The notes beneath the pieces were generated by a model. It had not been told where the DNA came from and searched no databases. It was given only the letters and a program-made list of their open reading frames with translations. Source: Aulosira sp. ZfuVER01 (GTDB lineage Bacteria > Cyanobacteriota > Cyanobacteriia > Cyanobacteriales > Nostocaceae). From it: a stretch of DNA of 64,000 bases. Shown here piece by piece: positions 30,801 through 39,833 of this stretch (the first letter of the stretch is position 1; the number at the start of each line of letters is the position of its first letter). The stretch lies in the NCBI GenBank assembly GCA_034530615.2, contig JAVRCV020000066.1, positions 16,576-80,575 on the forward strand. The letters run 5' to 3'. The translations under genes and the position numbers were made by a program.

Positions 30801-31890
30801 AATTTGGGCTGAAGTGCTGAAAATTGAGCGTATAGGTATTTATGATAACTTTTTTGACTTGGGAGGTAATTCATTACTGTCTGTACGTTTATTAGAACAT
30901 ATACATCAGCAATTTGAGCGTGATTTACCGTTATCTACCTTATTTTTAAACCCAACAATTGAAAGTTTAGCTACTTCTTTATCAACAAAAACAGATTCTC
31001 TACCTTGGTCGCCTTTAGCTAAGATTCAGCCTACTGGCTCCAATCCACCTTTTTTCTGTGTTCATCCTATTTTTGGTGTTGTCTTTCCTTATTACGAATT
31101 AGCTCATCATTTAGGAAATAATCAACCATTTTATGGGTTGCAATCTATAGGTATTGATGGGAAAAATGCTCCGCTAACTAGTATTGAAGATATGGCTAGC
31201 CACTACATTAAAGCATTACGTCAAGTGCAGCCAAAAGGCCCTTATTTTTTAGGCGGTTGGTCTTTTGGTGGTTTCGTTGCTTTTGAAATGGCTCAACAAC
31301 TTCTAAAGTCTGGGGATGATGTGGCTCTAGTTGCTATGCTAGACACTTTAGCACCACTTCCTGAAAATATACCTTCCTTAGGTAAGAGCTTGAAGTTTCT
31401 TCTTACTACCGTGGCGCGAGATATATGGCCTTTTTTCTTGCAATATTGTTGTCTCATAGCGGCTTATATCAAAACTAAAATTAATAATTTAATTTCTCAA
31501 ATTTTTAATAAATTTAATGAAGCGTCAGAGACTAATTTATTATCGCACATACTTTTAAAACAGGGTTCTAGAATCAAGTTAATATCTGAGAGGAAGAATT
31601 TAGGTCTGTTAAATGAATTAGCAATTATCCCAATCTTGCGTACTTTCTACGCTAATAGCCAAGCAGTTATCAACTATATTCCACAAGTGTACCCTAAGCA
31701 AATTACTCTGTTTAAAACAAGTAAGACATCACGTATGGCTGAGAAGGATTTGAGTATGGGGTGGGATAAGTTGGCTGTCGAGAAAACAGAAATTCATACT
31801 ATTCCCGGTAATCACCTCACCATTTTGAGAAAGCCTAATATCCAAGTTCTGGCTGCAAAGTTGAAAGCTTGTATTGAAAAGAGGATTTAG
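27808..31890 (+). CDS. Single-module NRPS C-A-T-TE (A code read by hand DAFTIAAVWK, Phe-like)
   Basis: HHIVADGWS; YTSGSTGKPKG, NAYGPTE, YRTGD, NGK; FFDLGGNSL carrier; GGWSFGG and PGNH thioesterase. Confidence 0.95.
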   Translation: MSQYLSSNLTGTEETEVFVFAASFAQQRLWFLNQLVPGNPFYNVPTALRLSGSLNFTALQQTFNEIVRRHETLRTTFVMAEGQLLQVIAPTLTIPLPVIDLRNFESQEREQQAQRLATVEAQHSFNLNTGPLLRLTLLQLDAAEYILLLNLHHIVADGWSIGVLIRELGALYKAFVENKPSPLPELTIQYADFAEWQREWLQQVGTNGCTPLETQLAYWKQQLDGVSLLNLATDKLRPAVSTYQGAKQFIELPQYLTHKLEQLSQQTGVTLFMTLLAAFGTLLYRYTQQEDIAVGTPIANRNRSEIEGLIGFFVNSLVLRTDFSGNPTFRELLQRVREVTLAAYNHQELPFEKLVEELQQQRDLSRHPLFGVVFSLQNTPIQALELPGLRLSQFDFDSKTAKLDLEFHLWQDLESLKGEVVYSTDLFDDITITRMLGHFQTLLESIVANSEQRLTDLPLLTANEQQQLLIEWNDTKREYAENKCFHELFAAQVEKTPDAIALVFEQKQLTYRELNTQANQLASYLQQLGVLPDSLVGICVERSLEMIVALLGIFKAGGAYLPLDPSYPQERLQFMLEDTKVSVLVTQQKFVELFGNAAISVVYLDRDREIMASQSQENPNSYVTSSNLAYVIYTSGSTGKPKGVLIEHRGLSNLIKAQIEVFNLQRSNRILQFASLSFDAAIFEIVMALGTGATLYLAKQESLLPGQSLIQLLRENAITHITLPPAVLVVLPTESLPALETIICAGESCSQEIVKRWWSPNRRFFNAYGPTEVTVWSTIAEINSICEKPPIGRPIANTQIYILDKHLQSVPIGIPGEIYIGGQGIARGYLNLDELTFEKFISNPFAKVEGSRLYRTGDLARYRPDGNIEFLSRIDNQVKIRGFRIELLEIESVLNQHESVAEAVVVAQEIVSGEKDLVAYIVPKLKQTEITNKLRIFIKDKLPEYMVPKIFVILDSLPLTPNGKVNRQELAELDISNSRSIDKIFIAPRNSTELKLAEIWAEVLKIERIGIYDNFFDLGGNSLLSVRLLEHIHQQFERDLPLSTLFLNPTIESLATSLSTKTDSLPWSPLAKIQPTGSNPPFFCVHPIFGVVFPYYELAHHLGNNQPFYGLQSIGIDGKNAPLTSIEDMASHYIKALRQVQPKGPYFLGGWSFGGFVAFEMAQQLLKSGDDVALVAMLDTLAPLPENIPSLGKSLKFLLTTVARDIWPFFLQYCCLIAAYIKTKINNLISQIFNKFNEASETNLLSHILLKQGSRIKLISERKNLGLLNELAIIPILRTFYANSQAVINYIPQVYPKQITLFKTSKTSRMAEKDLSMGWDKLAVEKTEIHTIPGNHLTILRKPNIQVLAAKLKACIEKRI

Positions 31891-32025
31891 GACATTTTTA
31901 AATTCACAAGGGAATTTTTGACTTTTATAGTCGTATTCAGCAATGCGAAATTTTAACTTTTGCGATCGCACTCCAAAATCTGAGCTAGCGTAAAAATATT
32001 ATGCTTATGCAACCATCTATAGCTT

Positions 32026-33027
32026 GTGGACACGCAAAAAGTCGCAGTCTTGAATAGTCCGGCTTGCTACTTCCCCCTGATGAACGGACGCTACGAAGTT
32101 AAGCCAGGGATGATGGCGTTTGGCTCTGATTTCGGTAATGGTGAAGCTGATAGACAAGTGTTTCAAATTGATGAAAATTTTGCTGATTATCGCCAGGCTA
32201 AACTTTTAGCGCGTGCCGAACGGTTGAGTAAATACTACCAGACCTATAAATATTCTACAGTTGTGGCAGGTGCGATCGCTCGTTTGATAGTTGAGCGTCT
32301 CACCCAAGATCATCCACAATACTTTGGCTACCAAAAATCAACAGCAAACACCTTGATATTTCATAGCCAACTCACCAAAGAAACGCTTTATCTAGATGCA
32401 GACTGGCAATTACAGCAAGTCGAGGGTAGTTCAGTTTTTCCAGCTTACACTTCTACCCTTGATGCTCTAGCAGGACAGATACAAGAAGACCTCACAGTTA
32501 TCTGTCGTGGAAACAATGGTTGCAATTGGCTGAGTGCGGTTCATTTATGCTATCCCAATCATTGGTCAGCTGAGGACAAAATTGGTAAAGATTTTGCAGC
32601 CATCCATACGCCTGTTGCAGGTATAGAAAAAATTAATCACCGAGCAGATGCGATCGTTAAGACTATGATTACTAATAAACCAATGGTGCGTTTTGCTTGG
32701 GGTTTGAGTACCGATACTCGCCTAAACCACCATCCCGAACCACCGCCTGGTTTTTCAGTTAACCAGTGGCAAGGTAGAAACTTTGATCCTCAAAATCCTA
32801 GACTTTACTTGCGAATTGAGCGCCAAGTAATTTGGGGACTACCAGAGTATGAAGCAGCATTATTTACTATTCGTACTTATTTCAGAGATTGTAGCTCAAT
32901 CAAAAAAGATTCACAGTTACGAGTTAAACTGTTTGCTGCGATTGAGTCTATGACACCAGAATCACTGGTTTATAAGGGATTAGCAGCCAGTAAAGCTAGT
33001 ATTTTACATTGGCTAAATGAAGTTTGA
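32026..33027 (+). CDS. DUF3445 / heme-dependent oxidative N-demethylase alpha-subunit-like protein
   Basis: QEDL, VHLCYPNHW..EDKIGK.F..IHTPVAG, RFAWGL, LRIERQ, LFTIRTY are the motifs I associate with DUF3445. Confidence 0.82.
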   Translation: MDTQKVAVLNSPACYFPLMNGRYEVKPGMMAFGSDFGNGEADRQVFQIDENFADYRQAKLLARAERLSKYYQTYKYSTVVAGAIARLIVERLTQDHPQYFGYQKSTANTLIFHSQLTKETLYLDADWQLQQVEGSSVFPAYTSTLDALAGQIQEDLTVICRGNNGCNWLSAVHLCYPNHWSAEDKIGKDFAAIHTPVAGIEKINHRADAIVKTMITNKPMVRFAWGLSTDTRLNHHPEPPPGFSVNQWQGRNFDPQNPRLYLRIERQVIWGLPEYEAALFTIRTYFRDCSSIKKDSQLRVKLFAAIESMTPESLVYKGLAASKASILHWLNEV

Positions 33028-33119
33028 AAAATTACCAAAATAGTAAATATTGTTTGATATAAGACTTACACATTTGCATAAAATACCCAATATGTATGAT
33101 TTAAGAAACCACATTGATT

Positions 33120-33347
33120 GTAGGGGTTTAGCATTGCTCACTGGTGTCAACTTAAGCTTAGAAGCATACAGCGTAAGTCTTTGGGGTTCTCTCTCTTAAC
33201 ACCATAAACTTTTGATCCCCCCTAACCCCCTTAAAAAAGGGGGAATTAGAATCTTAGCCCCCTTTTTAAGGGGGTTGGGGGATCAAATATCTTACAACAA
33301 AGGGTTTCACGTTAAGTTGACATGTATAAGCATTGCTAAACCCCTAC
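33120..33347. mobile_element. Nested miniature element (palindromic GTAGGGG..CCCCTAC repeat > TGTCAACTTAA-ended MITE > GATCCCCC hairpin)
   Basis: gtaggggtttagcattgct...agcattgctaaacccctac; inner TIRs at 33145-33155 / 33312-33322; homologous copy at 55372-55648. Confidence 0.8.
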
Positions 33348-33403
33348 AGTGCTAACAATTTTTAATCCAAAATATAAAATTCAAAATTGATATAAGGTGC
33401 AAT

Positions 33404-36400
33404 ATGTCTTCTGAAGAAGTTTTTGTCTTTCCAGCATCTTTCGCTCAACAACGGCTGTGGTTCCTCGAGCAGTTGAATCCCGGTGATAGTATTTACAATG
33501 TGCCTACAGCAATTCGTTTAACAGGTTCGCTGAACTTAGCGGCGCTAGAGCAGACGTTTAACGAAATTGTGCGTCGCCACGAGGTTCTCCGTACTAGCTT
33601 TACAGTGTTGGATGGACAACCTTTGCAAGTTATATCACCCAGCTTAACAATACCTCTTAGTCTATTAGACCTACAGCAATTACCAATTGATACACGGGAG
33701 GCTGAAGCAAAACGCATTATTAGCGCCGAAATAGAACATCCTTTTGATTTGTCCTTCGGGCCGTTGCTGCGAGTAATATTACTTGAGCTTTCCCAGACAG
33801 AACATATTCTATTGCTGAATATGCACCACATAATTTGTGATGATTGGTCGATTGGCTTGCTAATTCGGGAAATCAGCCTTATCTACACAGCTTTTACCCA
33901 AAACCAACCCTCGCCTTTGTTAGAACTACCTCTTCAGTATGCTGACTTTGCCCATTGGCAACGCGAGTGGTTGCAAGGAGAAGTTTTAGAAACCCAATTA
34001 GCTTACTGGCGGCAACAATTGAACGGTATTTCAATGCTAGATTTGCCTAGCGATAAAAAGCGGCCAAATATACAAACCTATCAAGGAGCAATAGAATTTT
34101 TAGAGTTACCGCCACAGCTAACTAATGCACTCGAAGCACTGTCCCAGCAAGAAGGTGTCACTTTATTTATGACTATGCTGGCAGCATTTCAAACTTTACT
34201 TTATCGCTACACCCATCAAGAAGATATTACAGTAGGTTCGCCAATTGCTAACCGTAACCGTAGTGAAATTGAAGAATTAATTGGTTTTTTTGCAAATAGT
34301 TTGGTGTTACGTACTGACCTCAGTGGAAACCCAACTTTTAAAGAACTGCTAGGCAGAGTACGAGATGTCACCCTCGGAGCATACAGTCACCAAGATTTAC
34401 CTTTTGAAAAATTAGTTGAAGAACTGCAGCCAGAGCGAAATTTGAGCCACAATCCCCTATTCCAAGTGGTGTTTGGTTTCCAGAATGCCCCAATGTCAGC
34501 ACTAGAACTGCCTGGGCTAGTGCCTAGTTTTATGAATATTGACTTACAAAAAATCCGCTTTGATTTAGAGTTGAACTTGTGGAAGTGTTCTGAAGATTTC
34601 CGAAGCCTATGGGGAGGTAAATGGCAGCTTTCTGAAGGTATTAGAGGTGTAATGGTTTACAACACAACTTTGTTTGAAAAATCTACCATTACCCGGATGT
34701 TAGAACATTTTAAAATATTGTTATCAAGCATTGTGAGAAATGCAGATCAACCTATCAGTAATTTCTCATTACTGAGTGGACAGGAGCTACATCAGATATT
34801 AGTAGAGTGGAATGATACTCAGGCAGATTATCCTCTAGATAAGTGTATTCATCAATTATTTCAAGAGCAGGTAAAGCAGTATCCCGATTGCATAGCTGTA
34901 AGCTTTAATAATCAGCAACTCACTTATCGAGAGTTAAATAATCGCAGTAATCAACTTGCTCACTATTTACAAAAACTGGGTGTAAAATCTGAAGTTTTAG
35001 TAGGAATTTCTGTAGAGCAATCAATAGAATTTATTGTAGGTTTACTGGGGATTCTCAAAGCAGGCGGAGCATATCTGCCATTAGACTCTAACTATCCTCA
35101 AGAACGCATTAATTTCATGTTGGCAGATGCAAAAGTTTCTGTGTTACTGACCCAAGAAAAGTTTCTCAAGCATTTTATAGAATTTCCGCATCCAAGTATT
35201 TGTATAGATAAAGACTGGGGAATGATCACTCAAGAGAGCGAAGAAAATATTACAAGCAACGTCAGCAGCAATAATTTAGCTTATGTAATTTACACTTCTG
35301 GTTCTACAGGGAAACCTAAAGGAGTAGCTGTAACTCACAAAGCTGTAAATCGGTTGGTGTGCAATACCAACTATATAAATTTAGAACCTACTGATAAAGT
35401 TGCTCAAGCCTCAAATATTTCCTTTGATGCAGCAACATTCGAGATTTGGGGAGCGCTACTGAACGGCGCTCAACTTGTTGGCATTAGCAAAGATGTCATC
35501 CTTTCACCTCAAGAATTGACATTACAGCTAAAACAAAAAGGCATCAGCGTTCTGTTTTTAACTACTGCTTTATTCCAACAAATTGCCAGAAATACTCCCC
35601 AAGCTTTTGCAACCTTGCGCTATTTGCTGTTTGGTGGCGAAACTATTGATATTAGATGGGTAAGAAAAATTATTAAACATGGTGCGCCAAAGCAGTTAAT
35701 TCATGTATATGGGCCTACAGAAAGTACAACATTTTCTGCTTATTACCAGGTGCAAGAAGTACCAGAATTAGCTATATCTATTCCTATCGGTCGCCCAATT
35801 ACAAATACGCAGATTTATCTACTGGATGCTAATTTACAACCTGTTCCCATTGGTGTTGTTGGCGAGTTGTACATTGGGGGTGATGGACTAGCGCGAGAAT
35901 ATCTCAACCGACCTGAGTTAACTGCTGAATCCTTCATTACAATTCCGGAAACAGGGTTTATTGCAGAGGAAAGACTTTACAAAACAGGTGACTTAGGTCG
36001 CTATTTAATAGATGGCAATATTGAATTTTTAAGTCGCATTGATAACCAAGTCAAGATTCGCGGTTTCCGCATTGAATTGGGAGAAATTGAAGCAGTACTA
36101 AGTGAACATCCAGCAGTGCAGCAAACTGTAGTAATTGCGGCTGAAGATATCCCTGGAGAGAAGCAATTGGTAGCTTACATTGTTCCTCATCAAGAACAAA
36201 GCCCAACAAGCGTTGAGTTACGTCAATTCATGGCAGCAAAGTTACCAGAATATATGCTACCAACAGCTTATATATTACTAGAATTTCTACCATTATCACC
36301 CAATGGTAAAGTGGATCGCCGTGCTTTACCTGCACATGATACACTCACTTTTAATCAACAAGATTATGTAGCACCCAGAACGCAGATTGAAGATTTACTT

Positions 36401-36664
36401 GCGGAAATTTGGGCTAAGGTTTTAGGAAAAGAACAAGTAGGTATTCATGATAATTTCTTTGAATTAGGTGGTCATTCTTTACTAGCGACTCAGTTAGTGT
36501 CTCGAATTCGAGATACTTTGCAAATAGATGTGCCTGTACGCAATTTATTTGAAGCGCCAACTGTAGAACAACTGGCTAGATATATTGAAACAATGTCTTG
36601 GTTAACACAAGGATTAGATAGATCTGAAGGTGGCGGAACTCAGCGCGAGGAAGTGGAATTTTAA
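33404..36664 (+). CDS. Single-module NRPS C-A-T (A code read by hand DAFFLGVTFK, Ile-like)
   Basis: HHIICDDWS; YTSGSTGKPKG, HVYGPTE, YKTGD, NGK; FFELGGHSL; C-terminal QREEVEF tail. Confidence 0.95.
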   Translation: MSSEEVFVFPASFAQQRLWFLEQLNPGDSIYNVPTAIRLTGSLNLAALEQTFNEIVRRHEVLRTSFTVLDGQPLQVISPSLTIPLSLLDLQQLPIDTREAEAKRIISAEIEHPFDLSFGPLLRVILLELSQTEHILLLNMHHIICDDWSIGLLIREISLIYTAFTQNQPSPLLELPLQYADFAHWQREWLQGEVLETQLAYWRQQLNGISMLDLPSDKKRPNIQTYQGAIEFLELPPQLTNALEALSQQEGVTLFMTMLAAFQTLLYRYTHQEDITVGSPIANRNRSEIEELIGFFANSLVLRTDLSGNPTFKELLGRVRDVTLGAYSHQDLPFEKLVEELQPERNLSHNPLFQVVFGFQNAPMSALELPGLVPSFMNIDLQKIRFDLELNLWKCSEDFRSLWGGKWQLSEGIRGVMVYNTTLFEKSTITRMLEHFKILLSSIVRNADQPISNFSLLSGQELHQILVEWNDTQADYPLDKCIHQLFQEQVKQYPDCIAVSFNNQQLTYRELNNRSNQLAHYLQKLGVKSEVLVGISVEQSIEFIVGLLGILKAGGAYLPLDSNYPQERINFMLADAKVSVLLTQEKFLKHFIEFPHPSICIDKDWGMITQESEENITSNVSSNNLAYVIYTSGSTGKPKGVAVTHKAVNRLVCNTNYINLEPTDKVAQASNISFDAATFEIWGALLNGAQLVGISKDVILSPQELTLQLKQKGISVLFLTTALFQQIARNTPQAFATLRYLLFGGETIDIRWVRKIIKHGAPKQLIHVYGPTESTTFSAYYQVQEVPELAISIPIGRPITNTQIYLLDANLQPVPIGVVGELYIGGDGLAREYLNRPELTAESFITIPETGFIAEERLYKTGDLGRYLIDGNIEFLSRIDNQVKIRGFRIELGEIEAVLSEHPAVQQTVVIAAEDIPGEKQLVAYIVPHQEQSPTSVELRQFMAAKLPEYMLPTAYILLEFLPLSPNGKVDRRALPAHDTLTFNQQDYVAPRTQIEDLLAEIWAKVLGKEQVGIHDNFFELGGHSLLATQLVSRIRDTLQIDVPVRNLFEAPTVEQLARYIETMSWLTQGLDRSEGGGTQREEVEF

Positions 36665-36857
36665 CGTCGCCTAAGAATTTCTCATACTATCAGCCTTATG
36701 GTTGGTAGTTTTAAGTATAAATACTTGTCTTCTGCTGAAAGATATATTTACACACATAATATTTTATGAAAAAATGTATTATATATCACTCTCTAGGTTA
36801 AAGATAACCGTATAGCAAAACTATGAAATAGAGACAGCAGATAATATCTAATTTTTT

Positions 36858-37226
36858 ATGAACTATATTTTGATTTGTGATGATGTTTTGGATAACTGTA
36901 TTTTCCTTCAAACAATTTTAGAATTAGAAGGTTATACAGTTGAGGTTGTCACATCTGGAATCGACGCCATCAATAGAATTAGGCATCAAAAGCCTGATTT
37001 GTTAATGTTAGACTTAATGATGCCTGATATTAATGGTTTTGAAGTTGCTAATATCATTCAACAAGATAAACATTTACAATCTTTGCCTATTTTGATCGTT
37101 ACCGCGTATCAAGAAGCAATTGAATCAAAGCCAGTTCATATAAAAGTAAATGGAATTTTAGAAAAGCCTGTAGATGTTGATACCTTGGTTCAAAAGGTTC
37201 AAGACATTTTAAATGTTGTAAAATAA
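36858..37226 (+). CDS. Single-domain response regulator (CheY-like)
   Basis: ILICDD, DLMMPDING, VTA, EKPV. Confidence 0.88.
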   Translation: MNYILICDDVLDNCIFLQTILELEGYTVEVVTSGIDAINRIRHQKPDLLMLDLMMPDINGFEVANIIQQDKHLQSLPILIVTAYQEAIESKPVHIKVNGILEKPVDVDTLVQKVQDILNVVK

Positions 37227-37227
37227 G

Positions 37228-37614
37228 CTAATCTAAAATTTTTCTAACTTGATAAGTTACAGTATCAAAGTCAACAGGTTTTTGAATATATCCGTCAATC
37301 TTTAACTCAATATATTTTTTGTTATTTATATCAAAAAAATCTTCCTTCCATCCTGTTACTAATAAGATAGGAATATCTTTGAATTTATCAGATTGTCTAA
37401 TCTTACTTGCAACTTCAAACCCATCCATTACAGGCATCAACACATCTAATATTATTAAGTCTGGTAAGTTAATACTATTTTTTAGAAAAGCAAGTACTGC
37501 TGCAGCTGAATCGACTATTTCAATATAACAGTCATCTGCTAATAGTATTGCTTCTAAAAGTCTTGCATCATCAGCAACATCATCGCAAATTAAAATCTGC
37601 TTTACAGTATTCAT
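37228..37614 (-). CDS. Single-domain response regulator (CheY-like)
   Basis: ILICDD, DVLMPVMDG, VTG, QKPV. Confidence 0.88.
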   Translation of the reverse strand: MNTVKQILICDDVADDARLLEAILLADDCYIEIVDSAAAVLAFLKNSINLPDLIILDVLMPVMDGFEVASKIRQSDKFKDIPILLVTGWKEDFFDINNKKYIELKIDGYIQKPVDFDTVTYQVRKILD

Positions 37615-37874
37615 GAGTATCTTGTAGCGGTAAGAAGCTACAGGAGAAAATATTTAATAATTTCCGAAAAAATGCTTTATTCCAATTGAAATTATCATAC
37701 ATTTGTTTATAACGGTAATAAAAGTAGAAGTTACCGTATAGTTGATGACGGATTTCCTAATTCAAATGCTCAGAGTATTTGAAAAAGTAAAACACACCTG
37801 CCCTGGCAAATGAAATTCGCGCGCCAGTTGCTTTAAGAGTATTCCAAAAAATAAATTATCCAGAATCAAAACCT

Positions 37875-37949
37875 GTCATTGCGAGCGAAACGGAGTGTAG
37901 CGAAGCAATCTCAAGCTCTCTGCGATTGCTTCGCTACGCTCGCAATGAC
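37875..37949. repeat. Palindromic dispersed repeat GTCATTGCGAG...CTCGCAATGAC
   Basis: gtcattgcgagcg...gtagcgaagcaatc / gattgcttcgctacgctcgcaatgac long inverted repeat. Confidence 0.75.
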
Positions 37950-38132
37950 TGTAATTAATTTTGCGTGGTTACTTATATTTGCTAGTTTTCGCCTTCTTTG
38001 CAAAAAACTGAGATGCTCCTCATTCCTATAGATATATATAGCCAATCTATATTAATTACTTCTAAAGCTAAATACTAAAGTAAAGAATATCAACTTTAAT
38101 ATTATTAATTACTAAAATACGATCTACTCATC

Positions 38133-38396
38133 ATGAGAGAAATTGTAACTTTTTTCTTTGGCTTAGGTTTTGTATTTAATGCTAGCTTGTTTATTCCACA
38201 AGCTTGGCGAATATTGAAAACCAAAAGCGCTAGGAATATTTCTTTAATTACTTTCGCTGGGTTTAATCTTATTCAGTTCGATGGAACTCTCTATGGATAT
38301 TATCAAAATGATTTGATTTTGATGTACGGTAATTTAATTAGTTTTATTAGCTGTGGAATAGTAACATTGTTGGCAACATACTATAGAAATAAATAA
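38133..38396 (+). CDS. SemiSWEET / PQ-loop small membrane transporter
   Basis: 87 aa, three TM segments, FIPQAWRILKTKSARNISL, YG, and a conserved Asn in TM3. Confidence 0.8.
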   Translation: MREIVTFFFGLGFVFNASLFIPQAWRILKTKSARNISLITFAGFNLIQFDGTLYGYYQNDLILMYGNLISFISCGIVTLLATYYRNK

Positions 38397-38422
38397 CTTG
38401 GCGTCTTAGCGATTTATTCCTG

Positions 38423-39541
38423 CTAATGATTGACTCTACACTCAGCACAAAAATTGCTGACTGCTTCAGCAAACTGCTGGTTTTGCTCCATTAATGCCAT
38501 GTGTCCGCCAGGTGTGATTGTAACTCTCTGAGAATAAGGTAACTCTGCTTTCATGCGATCGCTCGCCACTGGTTTAGTTGCTATATCGGAAGCACCACAC
38601 ACAACCAACGCTGGAACGTTAATATTTGCCAGCGTTTTGGTTTCATCGAACTTGAACATTGCTAGTGTGCCACGAGCCAGAACACCAGGGGAACCCAAAG
38701 CTGATAACAACCCAGCAAAATTGAGTTGACCGCGTGTTTCTGTACCCGTAAATCCAGAAAGTTCTACAGTGATGTAGAGCGAACCATTGAGATAAGAAAG
38801 CCAAGTCATTAACCACAAAATTGGTGATAGCACAGTAGTCAGGTACAACAGCGGTTCCAGCAACGGCTTTTGTAATTTACGTACTACACCGCTAAAGATA
38901 CAAGTTTTCAACGGATTAGTGTAAGTCGTATCGACAAGAATTAAGCCAGCAACTCTGCGTCCCAAATGCTCTGGAAACAGGCGGCAAAATGTTAGGTTAA
39001 TCATGCCACCCATGCTGTGTCCTAATAAAATCACAGGCTTATCCCCGGCGATAGCAACAACAGCTTCTAAATCACGGGCATATTTTTCTAAAGAATAATC
39101 CTTGTTTTTTGGTCTAGAGGATTTTCCCAAGCCTGGTAAATCCCAAACAATCACGCGAAAGCGATCGCTTAATTGTCGTTTGGCATAATACCATACAGTA
39201 CTGTTTGGCCCCCAACCATGTGAAAAGATAATCGGTTGACCATCCTCGGGGCCAAAAAACTCTACTTGCAGTACGCTACCATCTGGTCGTGACAAACGCT
39301 GTACGCTTTGGCTACGCATGAACTGCGGTTCGTCTGAACCAGGACGGCGCAGTAATGGCAAACTGATAAAACGACCGCCAAAAGACCACAGTACCATTAC
39401 TAGTCCAGCCACCAAGTAGGAAGTTCCTACAATTTCTCGTTCATACCATTCATAGAGAATGTAGATTCCCCCGCTAAGTATTCCAACCGACAGCAGTTGA
39501 ACTAGCCATATCAGCAGGAAATTATGAGGCATGAATATCAT
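38423..39541 (-). CDS. Membrane-anchored alpha/beta fold hydrolase
   Basis: Two N-terminal TMs; HGWG, WDLPGLG, GHSMGG nucleophile, GASD, GGHM. Confidence 0.88.
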   Translation of the reverse strand: MIFMPHNFLLIWLVQLLSVGILSGGIYILYEWYEREIVGTSYLVAGLVMVLWSFGGRFISLPLLRRPGSDEPQFMRSQSVQRLSRPDGSVLQVEFFGPEDGQPIIFSHGWGPNSTVWYYAKRQLSDRFRVIVWDLPGLGKSSRPKNKDYSLEKYARDLEAVVAIAGDKPVILLGHSMGGMINLTFCRLFPEHLGRRVAGLILVDTTYTNPLKTCIFSGVVRKLQKPLLEPLLYLTTVLSPILWLMTWLSYLNGSLYITVELSGFTGTETRGQLNFAGLLSALGSPGVLARGTLAMFKFDETKTLANINVPALVVCGASDIATKPVASDRMKAELPYSQRVTITPGGHMALMEQNQQFAEAVSNFCAECRVNH

Positions 39542-39833
39542 GAGCCTAAACCTTGCGCACTGTGTTGTCTTTATAGCTACATAACACAGTTATAAAGATG
39601 AATCTTTCAACCCCAGGAATGATTTATCGAGTGCTATGGGTGTGATAAAAAGGCATTTGTCATTCGTCATTTGGCGTTTGGTATTTGTTATTTCTCCCCT
39701 GCTCCCCTTCGGGTGACGCTCCTTCGTCGCTAACGCTGCGCTAACGCCAGTCCCTCATCGGGACGGAGATCGCCAAGACGGGGTCTGGTCTCACCTGCTT
39801 CCTGCCCCCTGCCTCTTACCCAAGGGTTTCATT

